From the NCBI GenBank assembly GCA_964406665.1, contig CAYOSQ010000007.1, positions 11,364 to 75,363 of the forward strand: 64,000 nucleotides of DNA, read 5' to 3'. Made by a program: the position numbers and the translations under genes. The notes under the pieces were generated by a model. The model saw nothing but the letters and a program-made list of their open reading frames with translations. It searched no databases and was not told the DNA's origin. The DNA comes from an uncultured Planctomycetia bacterium (GTDB taxonomy: Bacteria; Omnitrophota; Gorgyraeia; VGKH01; JBHPFN01). Shown here one piece after another: positions 27,846 to 36,708 of this stretch (positions within the stretch are counted from its first letter, which is position 1; every line of letters begins with the position of its first letter).

Positions 27846-28467
27846 ATTCCTTCAACAGCCACTCCCACTCTTGTTTGCCGAAGAAAGACTCACAAGTAAG
27901 CGCCCAACACTGAAGGTTAAAAAGCTCGGTTTCGTTTCTGAAGCTTTCCACAACTACGTATTTATTCTTTCCGACTCTCTCCATTTCACCAATTGCCTTT
28001 TTTAAATCGAAGATCGCCAAATTATGCAATGTCGTAATCGAAATCACCAAATCGAACTCATTATCGTCAAACGCATATTTATCCTGCGCCCTATGCTGAA
28101 AAAGATTCGACCTCACCTCTTCTTTAGCATTCTCTAGCGCATACCCTGAAATATCTATTCCTTTTACAGTACAATTTGACAACAATTGAGTAAATTCGTA
28201 TAAAAGATGTGCCTTACCACAACCTACGTCAAGAATCTTAGCGTTATCTTTCAATCCATAGACATCAATTAATTTTTCGGCAACGACCTTCCATCTGCCG
28301 TCATATCTATACCCTCCATATCCAAATCGCCTATTTCCATCCCAGTAATCCTGGCCATATTCTTTTGCCACTTTCATACAATGTACCTTTTTATCCTGCA
28401 TTCTGTCGATATAATCTCTTTTTGTTTTTTTATGAAGTGGCGTAACAATATTCATTAACTTACCCAT
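27805..28467 (-). CDS. Class I SAM-dependent methyltransferase
   Basis: ILDVGCGKAHLLYEF motif I. The start is probably the internal Met MGKLMNIV at 28467 (the track ORF extends to 28545 and overlaps the transketolase gene). Confidence 0.7.
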   Translation of the reverse strand: MGKLMNIVTPLHKKTKRDYIDRMQDKKVHCMKVAKEYGQDYWDGNRRFGYGGYRYDGRWKVVAEKLIDVYGLKDNAKILDVGCGKAHLLYEFTQLLSNCTVKGIDISGYALENAKEEVRSNLFQHRAQDKYAFDDNEFDLVISITTLHNLAIFDLKKAIGEMERVGKNKYVVVESFRNETELFNLQCWALTCESFFGKQEWEWLLKEFDYSGDFEFIYFE

Positions 28468-28474
28468 GACTACC

Positions 28475-29389
28475 TCACTTTGTGATTTTCTCGATATAGA
28501 TAGAAATCTCTTCAGCTGAAATTCCGAAATAATCGCGCATTCCATTTAGATCTTTGATTTCATGAATGAATTTATTTCTGATTCCCAGATTATGAAGCTT
28601 CCATTTAGGATTTCTCTTTAAGTATTCTTGAGCAATTATTGAACCTAAGCCACAAGTTAAATAATGTTCTTCAACAACAACCAAATTTTTTACATCTCTG
28701 CAAAGAAAAAAAAGTTTATCAAAATCAAGTGGCATGATCATTGGATTAGATATAAGTTTTGGCTTAATGCCTTTTTTAATCAATATGTCTCTAGCCTTTA
28801 TCACTTCTATACCGATTGAGCCATGAAAAACAATAGCTACGTCCTCTCCATCATTTATCAACTGTGGCTGAGATATATCAAACTTAGAATCTTTATGGAT
28901 ATTTGGTTCGCCTTTTTTTGCCAACCTTACATATAGTGGAGTTTCGCAGTTAAGTGAAAACTCTGCAGCTAATTTTGATTCTATAAGGTCTGCTGGAGAA
29001 ATCACAGCAAGGTTCGGCAATGTCTGAGCAATGCCCAAATCTTCTATAGAATAATGCGTCATCCCCTGCAATGGATAAGTTATGCCGCTTCCAATTCCCG
29101 TTAAGGTGACCGCAAGTCTCTGATAACAGATATCATTTCTGATTTGCTCATAGCATCTATACAATAAGAATGGAATTATGTTATAGGCATACACTTTAAA
29201 TCCAGCCAGCGAAAGACCAGCAGAGAAACTAATCATGTTTTGCTCGGCAATACCTAAATTAAGAAAATTATCAGCGCAACCTTCTTTCAATTCATCAAAC
29301 ACGCCTAAGCCCGCATCACCGCTGATTATAAACATATCTTTGCGTTTTTTTGCGTTATTTAAAACAGTATTGACGAATGCATTTCTCAT
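28475..29389 (-). CDS. Transketolase, C-terminal (pyrimidine-binding) subunit
   Basis: ...GDAGLGVFDELKEGCADNFLNLGIAEQNMISFSAGLSLAGFKVYAY... is collinear with split-transketolase B subunits. Confidence 0.85.
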   Translation of the reverse strand: MRNAFVNTVLNNAKKRKDMFIISGDAGLGVFDELKEGCADNFLNLGIAEQNMISFSAGLSLAGFKVYAYNIIPFLLYRCYEQIRNDICYQRLAVTLTGIGSGITYPLQGMTHYSIEDLGIAQTLPNLAVISPADLIESKLAAEFSLNCETPLYVRLAKKGEPNIHKDSKFDISQPQLINDGEDVAIVFHGSIGIEVIKARDILIKKGIKPKLISNPMIMPLDFDKLFFLCRDVKNLVVVEEHYLTCGLGSIIAQEYLKRNPKWKLHNLGIRNKFIHEIKDLNGMRDYFGISAEEISIYIEKITK

Positions 29390-30171
29390 GATAACTCTTT
29401 TAAGGCCTGCTTTTTATGCTCATCTCTTACAATATAATAATGCCAGATGAGTTCATTCTCCATAAAAGAAACACCCTTACCCTTAACTGTACAGGCTAAA
29501 ATTATTTTTGGCTTTCCCTGTGAATCCTTTTTTAAAGCACTTTCTATAGCAGCGTGATCATGGCCGTCAACCTCTTCAACATACCAGCCAAACGCTTCCC
29601 ACTTAGCCTTTAAAGGCTCAAAATAGCATATTTCCTTTGCCCTGCCATAACCTTGTAAGTTGTTATAATCCATGATTGCTGTAAAATTATCTATTTTTAA
29701 CTGTGCAGCAAACAATGCCCCCTCCCAAATAGAACCTTCCTGAGATTCACCGTCACCGATAACTGCAAATACCTTCCTGTCTAAATTATCTTTCTTAAAC
29801 CCATACGCCATACCTAAGCCAATATTAAAACCATGACCCAAAGAGCCTGTTGACACTTCAATACCTTTGGCTGTAAATCTATCTAAATGGGCAGGCAGCG
29901 TTCCATCATTCTTCAGATAGCCATCCAAAAACTTTCTTTCCATGAGGCCGCGCTCTACCAAAGTCGTATACAATGCCATATCTGCATGACCTTTACTCAA
30001 GACAAAAATATCCCTTTTATCCCAATCATCAAATTTTAATATCCTATAATATAGAACTGTCAGAATATCGACGCAAGAAAGACAGGAACCAACATGTGGA
30101 CACTTAGATCTATGCGCAAGTTCAATGATCTCTTTTCTTATATTATTCGCAATTATTTTTAATTCTTCCAT
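29386..30171 (-). CDS. Transketolase, N-terminal (thiamine-diphosphate-binding) subunit
   Basis: ...SKGHADMALYTTL..., GSLGHGFNIGLGMAY, and GDGESQEGSIWEGALFA ThDP motifs. Confidence 0.85.
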   Translation of the reverse strand: MEELKIIANNIRKEIIELAHRSKCPHVGSCLSCVDILTVLYYRILKFDDWDKRDIFVLSKGHADMALYTTLVERGLMERKFLDGYLKNDGTLPAHLDRFTAKGIEVSTGSLGHGFNIGLGMAYGFKKDNLDRKVFAVIGDGESQEGSIWEGALFAAQLKIDNFTAIMDYNNLQGYGRAKEICYFEPLKAKWEAFGWYVEEVDGHDHAAIESALKKDSQGKPKIILACTVKGKGVSFMENELIWHYYIVRDEHKKQALKELS

Positions 30172-30173
30172 AG

Positions 30174-31235
30174 TTAAATAAAGTTTACATGCTCAACTTC
30201 AGGATGTTTAAGTTCCCATAAAAAACTATTAATCTGATGATGCCTGCAGTTAGGCTGACACATTTTTTTATCATAAGTTTTATTGATATAGTCAATAGTC
30301 TTCCGCCTTTTACTCCACACCTGTGAAAATGATTTTTCAAAAATATTTCCCAGAGATGTTTTTTTGTCATGCTGATAAGAAAAACATGTATAAACTTCTC
30401 CATCTTCACGGATATAAATGATAAACGGAAGACCATAGCACTCTTTATAAAACCTATCTTTGGAAATATTACTTCTACTTCTGACGATAAAAGAAAAACT
30501 CTCATCGGATAAAGATTCTGCTGACCTACTTAAAGATTTAATAAAATCATCAGTTAACCAATCATTATTTAAACCAGATTGATTTTTGCTATGTCCATAA
30601 AAATACTTTACAACAAAATAATCAACACCTGCTTTCTTCATTGTCTTAGCACAATCAACTACAAAATCTTTATTATCATCTAAAATAATATATTGTATGC
30701 CTATAGTAATGTCTGCATTTAGTTCATTTTTTTTAACTCTTAGTTTCTGAATATTATTTAAAACTAAAGAATAGTCTTCCTTTTTTGCTTTATGAACCTT
30801 TGCATAATTTTCGGCGTTTCCTGAATTAAATGAAAACCTTATCCAGGTAAGAGATTTTGCCAAAATACCAAGATCATCTTCTTTAAGCAAAGCTCCGTTA
30901 GTGCTTAAGGCTACGTCGATGCCTTTCTCTTTAGCATATGCAATTGATGGAACAGTCTCTTGGTTTATCAGGGGCTCACCAGTACCGGCAAAAACCATTG
31001 ATTTAATACCTGAATCTTTTAACTCATCAATCAAAGTTTTCATTCTGCCTTGTTTAAACATCCCCTTATGGCCTAAATATTCATAATGGCAAAAAATGCA
31101 GCCGTGATTACAATTTGCAGATGGTGAAATTTCTGCATAAATAGGCTTTATGTTTTTTCCGGACAAAAAATCAACAAGTGCTTGCGGGTGATACAAAAGC
31201 TTATGTCCGTCTAGCTCGAATTTAGCCACTAACAA
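30174..31235 (-). CDS. Radical SAM enzyme (SPASM-like C-terminus)
   Basis: CNHGCIFC (CxxxCxxC), FAGTGEPL, and C-terminal C...C...CQPNC. Confidence 0.8.
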   Translation of the reverse strand: MLVAKFELDGHKLLYHPQALVDFLSGKNIKPIYAEISPSANCNHGCIFCHYEYLGHKGMFKQGRMKTLIDELKDSGIKSMVFAGTGEPLINQETVPSIAYAKEKGIDVALSTNGALLKEDDLGILAKSLTWIRFSFNSGNAENYAKVHKAKKEDYSLVLNNIQKLRVKKNELNADITIGIQYIILDDNKDFVVDCAKTMKKAGVDYFVVKYFYGHSKNQSGLNNDWLTDDFIKSLSRSAESLSDESFSFIVRSRSNISKDRFYKECYGLPFIIYIREDGEVYTCFSYQHDKKTSLGNIFEKSFSQVWSKRRKTIDYINKTYDKKMCQPNCRHHQINSFLWELKHPEVEHVNFI

Positions 31236-32127
31236 CCTCTTTCTCAGACTCAGATAGATCGCGGATATTTTTAATTTCTACTGAAGTATGTCCGAATATC
31301 TGCAAACGGTTAGTCTTGACCTTTATATCACAAGGGTTACAGTGACCAAACAGATAACAAGGCCGATAAATGTCCTCTATTTGAAAATTCTCATCAAGAA
31401 TATGTCCGATGGGTTGCCTTTTAGAATAAAGGTCTGAATGGCATCGGTAAATGTTCCCTGCAGGACCAACGATGAGTTCCGTTGTTTTGCATTCGCAGAA
31501 TTTATTTATCTCTTCGCTTACTGCTAAAGGATATTTATATGTACCGTGCCATTTTTTACCATCATACCCAAGATATTCTTTTGTCCTAAAATCTATACCG
31601 AGCTTTTTACAGCGCCCTTGTATATCTCTTATATGCTCAGCATTTTCTGGTGTCATCACAGAATATAATCCTACATAAAATCCTGCATCTGCCAACCGCA
31701 GAATTTTTTTGATAATTTCTTCGATATCATTTTGTCCTGGATGATAGCTTGCTCTGATTGCGGCATATTTTGCTTCACGGGTAAACTTCGAAGGCGGGAT
31801 ATTCTTGATAAACTCATCAACCTCAAACATCAAATTAGTAAGTAGATCCAGCTTTATGTTATCTCTAATACCATTAACTATCTCATAAAATCCTGGATGA
31901 ATCGTTGGTTCTCCGCCTTGAAAAGTCACCGGTAAATCTTCCCTGTTAATCTGTATTCTATTTATCGCATCAATCCACTCTTTAGCAATTAATGATGCGC
32001 GAGTTATTTCATTTCTCGGTGATTTTAAATCTTTATAATTAATACAATAATCACAAGATAAATTACAGTTAAGCGTTAAAAACATTGCAACATAATTATA
32101 GTGTTTTGGGATAGGAATAGGTTTCAT
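31222..32127 (-). CDS. Radical SAM enzyme
   Basis: CNLSCDYC (CxxxCxxC), FQGGEPT. Confidence 0.8.
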   Translation of the reverse strand: MKPIPIPKHYNYVAMFLTLNCNLSCDYCINYKDLKSPRNEITRASLIAKEWIDAINRIQINREDLPVTFQGGEPTIHPGFYEIVNGIRDNIKLDLLTNLMFEVDEFIKNIPPSKFTREAKYAAIRASYHPGQNDIEEIIKKILRLADAGFYVGLYSVMTPENAEHIRDIQGRCKKLGIDFRTKEYLGYDGKKWHGTYKYPLAVSEEINKFCECKTTELIVGPAGNIYRCHSDLYSKRQPIGHILDENFQIEDIYRPCYLFGHCNPCDIKVKTNRLQIFGHTSVEIKNIRDLSESEKEVVSG

Positions 32128-32129
32128 TT

Positions 32130-33773
32130 TTATAACTGTAAATACTTATTAGCAAATTTTCTAACAGATTCTCTGTGAGATACTGCAATTATAGTTAACT
32201 CAGGATAATTCTTACGGATTTCCACAAAAATTTTCTCTTCAGTGATTTCGTCTATATTTGCTGTTGCTTCATCTAGAATTAACACGCTTGGATTGTATAG
32301 CAAGGCCCGAGCAAGAGAAATGCGTTGCTTCTGCCCCGCTGAAATCCCTTCTCCTGATTCTCCAAGCTTATAGGATAATCCACCATCCAATTCATGTATA
32401 AATGTACAGCAGGAAATATTTAGCACCTTTTCAAGATCATTGCTTGCCAAATCTTTATTTCTTACTCCGTAAAAAAGATTTTCTCTAACAGTGCTGTCGA
32501 TGAGAAATGGATCTGTCCCGGAATATCCAACATTGCTTCTAAAAACTTCCCGGCTCCACAAAGACAAGTCAACATTATTCCATTTAATATCTCCGCTAAG
32601 TTTCTCCACAATTCCTAAGATCGTCATAAGAAATGTTGTCTTTCCTTTTCCGGATTCTCCCTTAACCAGCAAAAAATCACCTTTATTAATTTCGAGATTA
32701 ACATCTTTAAGCAGTTCTGCGTTTCGTCCAATGCTTAGATCTTTAACGCTAAGACTTTCAGGAACGCCTCTATATGATTTAAGGTCTTCTCTAGCTTCGT
32801 TTTCAGTCTTATCTGAAAACATTTCTGAATACTCTAGAAAATTTGTTAAAAATGGATAACAAAACTGAACATGGCCAAAAGACCTAGCGAGTTGAGAAAT
32901 AGCTTGAGGCAATCTAATCAATAAATATATAAATGTAATAAGAGTACCACTTTCGACGTAATTTTCTCTGTGGTTACCCCAAATAGTAAATATCACTATT
33001 AACACCCCGGCAAAAAGTGGCCAAGTATTATTAACTGAAATCCCAACTGCATACTTTATAAACTGCTTGTAAATAGTATTGTTAACAGTATTTAGATTAC
33101 TTAGTTCTCGATTATTTGTTCCAACTATTCTTAAAAAATAAATATTGCGTAAATCCCGTAATATATTTAAAGAAAACATTTTAAGGTTTTTATGGAAACT
33201 TCCTGCATAAGACTGGTAAGCACTTTTTAGAATAATTGTCGGGAAGATCATGACCGCTACTGCAACTAAGGCAACAAGTGTAAGGTTTGCAGAAATAACT
33301 GCCATCCCCACTAGAATAGTAAGCATTAGGAAAAAAGCGCTGATCATTTGGCAAAAAGATGAAACAAAATTGCCTACCTTGGGAGTGAGATTAGTTGTTA
33401 TATGACTAACTTCTGCAACAGAAAGATAACTATTTTCTGCATCAGTCCCTAAAATTGCAAGTCCTAGCATTCTCCTTACTCTGGAGCTAAAAGTTTCATA
33501 TGAAAAATCCGGCAGGAAACTGGCTAAAAAATAAAAACAAAAACGCACTACTGCAACAGAGGCAAGAAAAACTGTTGGCATTGTAGCAAAAGGCAGCAAA
33601 ATACTTGGGATGTTCTTTGATTGAATCAAATCAAAGCTAACTAAAAAGTTTTGCAGAGCAAAACCAAAAATCATCTCGATAAGGCCTAAGAAAAACCCTA
33701 AGAATATCGTGGTAATAAAAAGAAAAAATACCTTTTTGCCAAATAATCTTTTAACTTTTTCAAAAAAAGTCAT
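32130..33773 (-). CDS. ABC exporter, fused permease plus ATPase half-transporter
   Basis: N-terminal ~6 TM helices. Walker A GESGKGKTT, signature ISAGQKQRISLARAL, Walker B ILDEATANID. Confidence 0.85.
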   Translation of the reverse strand: MTFFEKVKRLFGKKVFFLFITTIFLGFFLGLIEMIFGFALQNFLVSFDLIQSKNIPSILLPFATMPTVFLASVAVVRFCFYFLASFLPDFSYETFSSRVRRMLGLAILGTDAENSYLSVAEVSHITTNLTPKVGNFVSSFCQMISAFFLMLTILVGMAVISANLTLVALVAVAVMIFPTIILKSAYQSYAGSFHKNLKMFSLNILRDLRNIYFLRIVGTNNRELSNLNTVNNTIYKQFIKYAVGISVNNTWPLFAGVLIVIFTIWGNHRENYVESGTLITFIYLLIRLPQAISQLARSFGHVQFCYPFLTNFLEYSEMFSDKTENEAREDLKSYRGVPESLSVKDLSIGRNAELLKDVNLEINKGDFLLVKGESGKGKTTFLMTILGIVEKLSGDIKWNNVDLSLWSREVFRSNVGYSGTDPFLIDSTVRENLFYGVRNKDLASNDLEKVLNISCCTFIHELDGGLSYKLGESGEGISAGQKQRISLARALLYNPSVLILDEATANIDEITEEKIFVEIRKNYPELTIIAVSHRESVRKFANKYLQL

Positions 33774-33786
33774 CTTTTACAACCTA

Positions 33787-34299
33787 TTAGTACCCAATTA
33801 GTTTTCGGAGGGAATTAATGTTTTTTGTTGTCTTAGCCACTTTATTTATAAGATTATCCAAATCTTTAATGTTTTCTTGATATGCCTTTAATTCATTCTT
33901 TTGTTCTACACTAAGAGCGACCATATCAAGAGTAGCTAGCTTTGCCTTAACCTCATCCAACGAACCCCTACCCTCATCAAGAATACCAGAAAAGATTTCT
34001 ACAGAATGATTAATCACAAAGTTCATAATATCCCTGTTAGCTTCGTAATGGTCTTTGCGGTTTTCCTGCACCCAAACCCTTTTAGCTGCTCCCCATTTCT
34101 CTAAACGCCTAATATTTATGCTAACATTACCCTTGCTCATCCTACAAACCCTACCTAGTTGATCTAAGTCTAGAGCACTCTTGCTAAAATAAAGAGCAGC
34201 GTAAAGCTGCCCAATAGATTTATTCAAACCTATCTTGTTGGTCAGATAGCCGAATCTAAAAATTAGTTCTTCTTGTAAACTTGCAATCTCTTTATTCAT
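33787..34299 (-). CDS. GbsR/MarR-type HTH transcriptional regulator, first gene of the long minus-strand array
   Basis: ...LGRVCRMSKGNVSINIRRLEKWGAAKRVWVQENRKDHYEA... matches the GbsR-family wing/HTH pattern (GdRrdyYeA). Confidence 0.55.
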   Translation of the reverse strand: MNKEIASLQEELIFRFGYLTNKIGLNKSIGQLYAALYFSKSALDLDQLGRVCRMSKGNVSINIRRLEKWGAAKRVWVQENRKDHYEANRDIMNFVINHSVEIFSGILDEGRGSLDEVKAKLATLDMVALSVEQKNELKAYQENIKDLDNLINKVAKTTKNINSLRKLIGY

Positions 34300-34436
34300 A
34301 GATATTAATAGTGTTCAAAATTATTAAAACACCAGATATGTCTTCTTCCAGTCATTTTTTATGCTTTTTCTTATCATGTTTTCCTCCCGATTATCCATTA
34401 AGAAGGATGGCAAAGAGTATCCTTAGGTTCGTTTTA

Positions 34437-35009
34437 TCAAATAGTATCAGTTTTCTTAATTTGACTTAATGCGCATGGATTTGTACACCCCGGGTTAAAG
34501 CAATGCAGATCAATGTCAATGTTTTCACTCAATATTTTGATGTAATTAAACTTAGGGGGCACGTTATCTTTTTGCTCAAATGGACCCAGTTTTGTCTCGG
34601 TGTAAAGAACATAATCCGTTAAGGGAATCCAAAGGTGATATTTCCCGGCAGGATTCATATAAACAAAATTTTCTTGAGGGGTAAGTAAAGTTTTTTTGAG
34701 GAGATCCCCATTATCATCAAACATGAGGGCAAGCATTTCTCCTTCAATCATTTGCAGAAATTCATCTTTCTCAATATGTTTGTGTGGTTTTCTACATTTT
34801 CTATCTTTATATTCTAAGATTACCATCGCGTGTAATAATTTATCACAACTCTGATGCATGCAAAATCTTATATTCGCATTATTACCATTGCGAGAAATGA
34901 GTTTCATTTTCTCAATATTTTTCCGATGAAACACAGCAGGCTCACTATCTACAAAATAAGTGATTGATTTCGCCTTTATTTCTTTGAAATTATCAATTTT
35001 TTCATTCAT
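34437..35009 (-). CDS. Cupin-fold protein (possibly WbuC-like) with a Cys-rich tail
   Basis: Small beta-rich ORF with HxH-type residues (IRFCMHQS...HAMVI...PHKH) and C-terminal HCFNPGCTNPC. The family call is weak. Confidence 0.3.
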   Translation of the reverse strand: MNEKIDNFKEIKAKSITYFVDSEPAVFHRKNIEKMKLISRNGNNANIRFCMHQSCDKLLHAMVILEYKDRKCRKPHKHIEKDEFLQMIEGEMLALMFDDNGDLLKKTLLTPQENFVYMNPAGKYHLWIPLTDYVLYTETKLGPFEQKDNVPPKFNYIKILSENIDIDLHCFNPGCTNPCALSQIKKTDTI

Positions 35010-35073
35010 TTTTTAGAATATAAATATTTTTTTATAAATTTTTCAAAAATAGACAGTTTTGACTCCATTTTCT

Positions 35074-35106
35074 AGCGTTTAGTTTGTTCAAAACAATTTA
35101 AACGCT
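35074..35106. other. Imperfect 33-nt hairpin (AGCGTTTAGTTTGTT-caaa-ACAATTTAAACGCT) followed by ATTTTTGG
   Basis: Seen in sequence; 2 mismatches in a 15-bp stem. It lies between the GT87 stop and the cupin start. Possible operator or terminator-like element. Confidence 0.3.
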
Positions 35107-35179
35107 ATTTTTGGATTATACAACACTCACCACATGCTGTCAATGACAATTTAAGGGTATGATATTATGATTTAAGCGC

Positions 35180-36595
35180 TTAGGTAGGTAGTTTTAATGA
35201 TTGTTTCATTCGAATGGATTCGTAAAGATTCTTTCTTAACATAAGTAAAAGCCCAATAAACAATGCTAAGCCAGCTATTACATATTTGTGAACAAGAAGA
35301 GTTCCTCCTCCGGGTAATATTTTTACAAAGACGCTATCAGTAATCGCAGCAATTGTAAAGCCAGATAAGCAAATTAACGCTCCTAAAATGTTCTCTTCTT
35401 TCTTGCGCTGCAGAATCTCCTTTAAAACATAAGCAAAACCAGGTATAAACCAAATGGTATTCATTACCCAGGTTCTAACCCCTGATAAAACTATAACAAC
35501 TAATACAATCTGCCAGAATAGGAACTCTTGGGCATTGGACCATTCAAACCTAGCCTCGAAACTTTTAAATAAATTAAGAAAAACAACAATAATAAATGTA
35601 GCTAAAATTAAAAAGGATAAAAAAGTATCTTTATGGTCAGCAAATTTAGTTCGATTGAACATAATATATAGCCTTCTACCTAATTTAGTCCCTTTTATAG
35701 CTTTTACAAGCGTAGCATTATGAGAAAACCTTAAAGTTGAAGAACTATAATAAACTCCGTCTTTTACGGTCTTTCCAGCCGGTGTATTAGTGTACTTTAA
35801 ATATAAAGGAACAATCATCATAGGCAACATCATATTCATAGTCCCTTCTTCTTGAAACTGAGATATTCTCGGAAGATGCTTTGAAAAATAGTCGAGATTT
35901 AAAGTTCTACAAGAGAAAAATGAAACTATCACAAGTATGCCTATGCCAATAGCATATCCAGAAAGAACCCTCCATTTTCTCCTCAACATTAAAAAAGGAA
36001 CTAAAAATAAACAATAGGGTTTGAAAAATGTTGCCAGCGAGATTAATCCTCCGGAAAGATACTCTCCCTTATTCTGCTTAAGCATAAACATCATAGCTAG
36101 CATTATCAACAATAAGTTTATGGCATCAATTTGTCCTCTTTCAATTTCCGCCAGAAAAGGAAAAAATAAACAAATAAAGATACCGCAACTCAAAAGTACT
36201 TCAGCGGACAATTCTAACTTTATTATGTTACAAGCGATAATCAACGAAGAAATAACAGATAGAATAAGTATCGATATCCAAACCCACTTAGCAACTTTGT
36301 AAGGAAGCAAGGCTAATGGTCTTGTTAAAAAAGCAACAAGTGGAGTATAGGTAAATCTGCTGTGTTTATAAATTGCTACTCCATCCCAAATAGGTGGATC
36401 TCTGCGGATATGGTTTTTGTAAGGAGATAATCCGCTATTCATTGACTCAGCAGCCGTATAAGAAGCTGAGAAATCCATCTGCAGGCTTTCATTGCCAAAC
36501 TCAACAACATAGCTTATAAAGCGCACAGAAACACAAATGAAAATAATAGATAAAATAATTCTTATAGCTAGTTTACGAGATATTTTTCTTTGCAT
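35180..36595 (-). CDS. GT87/DUF2029-family integral-membrane (GT-C) glycosyltransferase
   Basis: MDFSASYTAA...SPYKNH...FTYTPLVAFLTRPLALLPYKVAKWVW matches the DUF2029 N-terminal signature (DF..Y...G..PY....FtYPP..a.l..PlalLp). Polytopic. Confidence 0.65.
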   Translation of the reverse strand: MQRKISRKLAIRIILSIIFICVSVRFISYVVEFGNESLQMDFSASYTAAESMNSGLSPYKNHIRRDPPIWDGVAIYKHSRFTYTPLVAFLTRPLALLPYKVAKWVWISILILSVISSLIIACNIIKLELSAEVLLSCGIFICLFFPFLAEIERGQIDAINLLLIMLAMMFMLKQNKGEYLSGGLISLATFFKPYCLFLVPFLMLRRKWRVLSGYAIGIGILVIVSFFSCRTLNLDYFSKHLPRISQFQEEGTMNMMLPMMIVPLYLKYTNTPAGKTVKDGVYYSSSTLRFSHNATLVKAIKGTKLGRRLYIMFNRTKFADHKDTFLSFLILATFIIVVFLNLFKSFEARFEWSNAQEFLFWQIVLVVIVLSGVRTWVMNTIWFIPGFAYVLKEILQRKKEENILGALICLSGFTIAAITDSVFVKILPGGGTLLVHKYVIAGLALFIGLLLMLRKNLYESIRMKQSLKLPT

Positions 36596-36708
36596 ATTTA
36601 CAAATTACCATATGTGCATACCAATGTCAACGAAAGACAATTTTCATAAACATAATTGCCCTTGTGATTTATAAATAATTATGCTATAACTTTGTTCTAA
36701 GGAGGAAC

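Noticed and set aside
28475-30171. Split transketolase as simple housekeeping pentose-phosphate enzyme
   Set aside because: It cannot be excluded from this window alone. However, it is embedded, with overlapping stop and start codons, in the middle of a sugar-modification array. It is therefore reported as a pathway enzyme with moderate interest, not rejected outright.
24847-34299. RiPP (peptide natural product) cluster hypothesis for the four radical-SAM/SPASM enzymes plus ABC exporter
   Set aside because: There is no room for a precursor-peptide ORF. The gaps between genes are at most 22 nt, or the genes overlap. The ABC protein has no C39 peptidase domain. The genes are interleaved with transketolase, SDR, glf and sugar methyltransferases. 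A sugar-tailoring role is more parsimonious, though the RiPP idea is not fully excluded.
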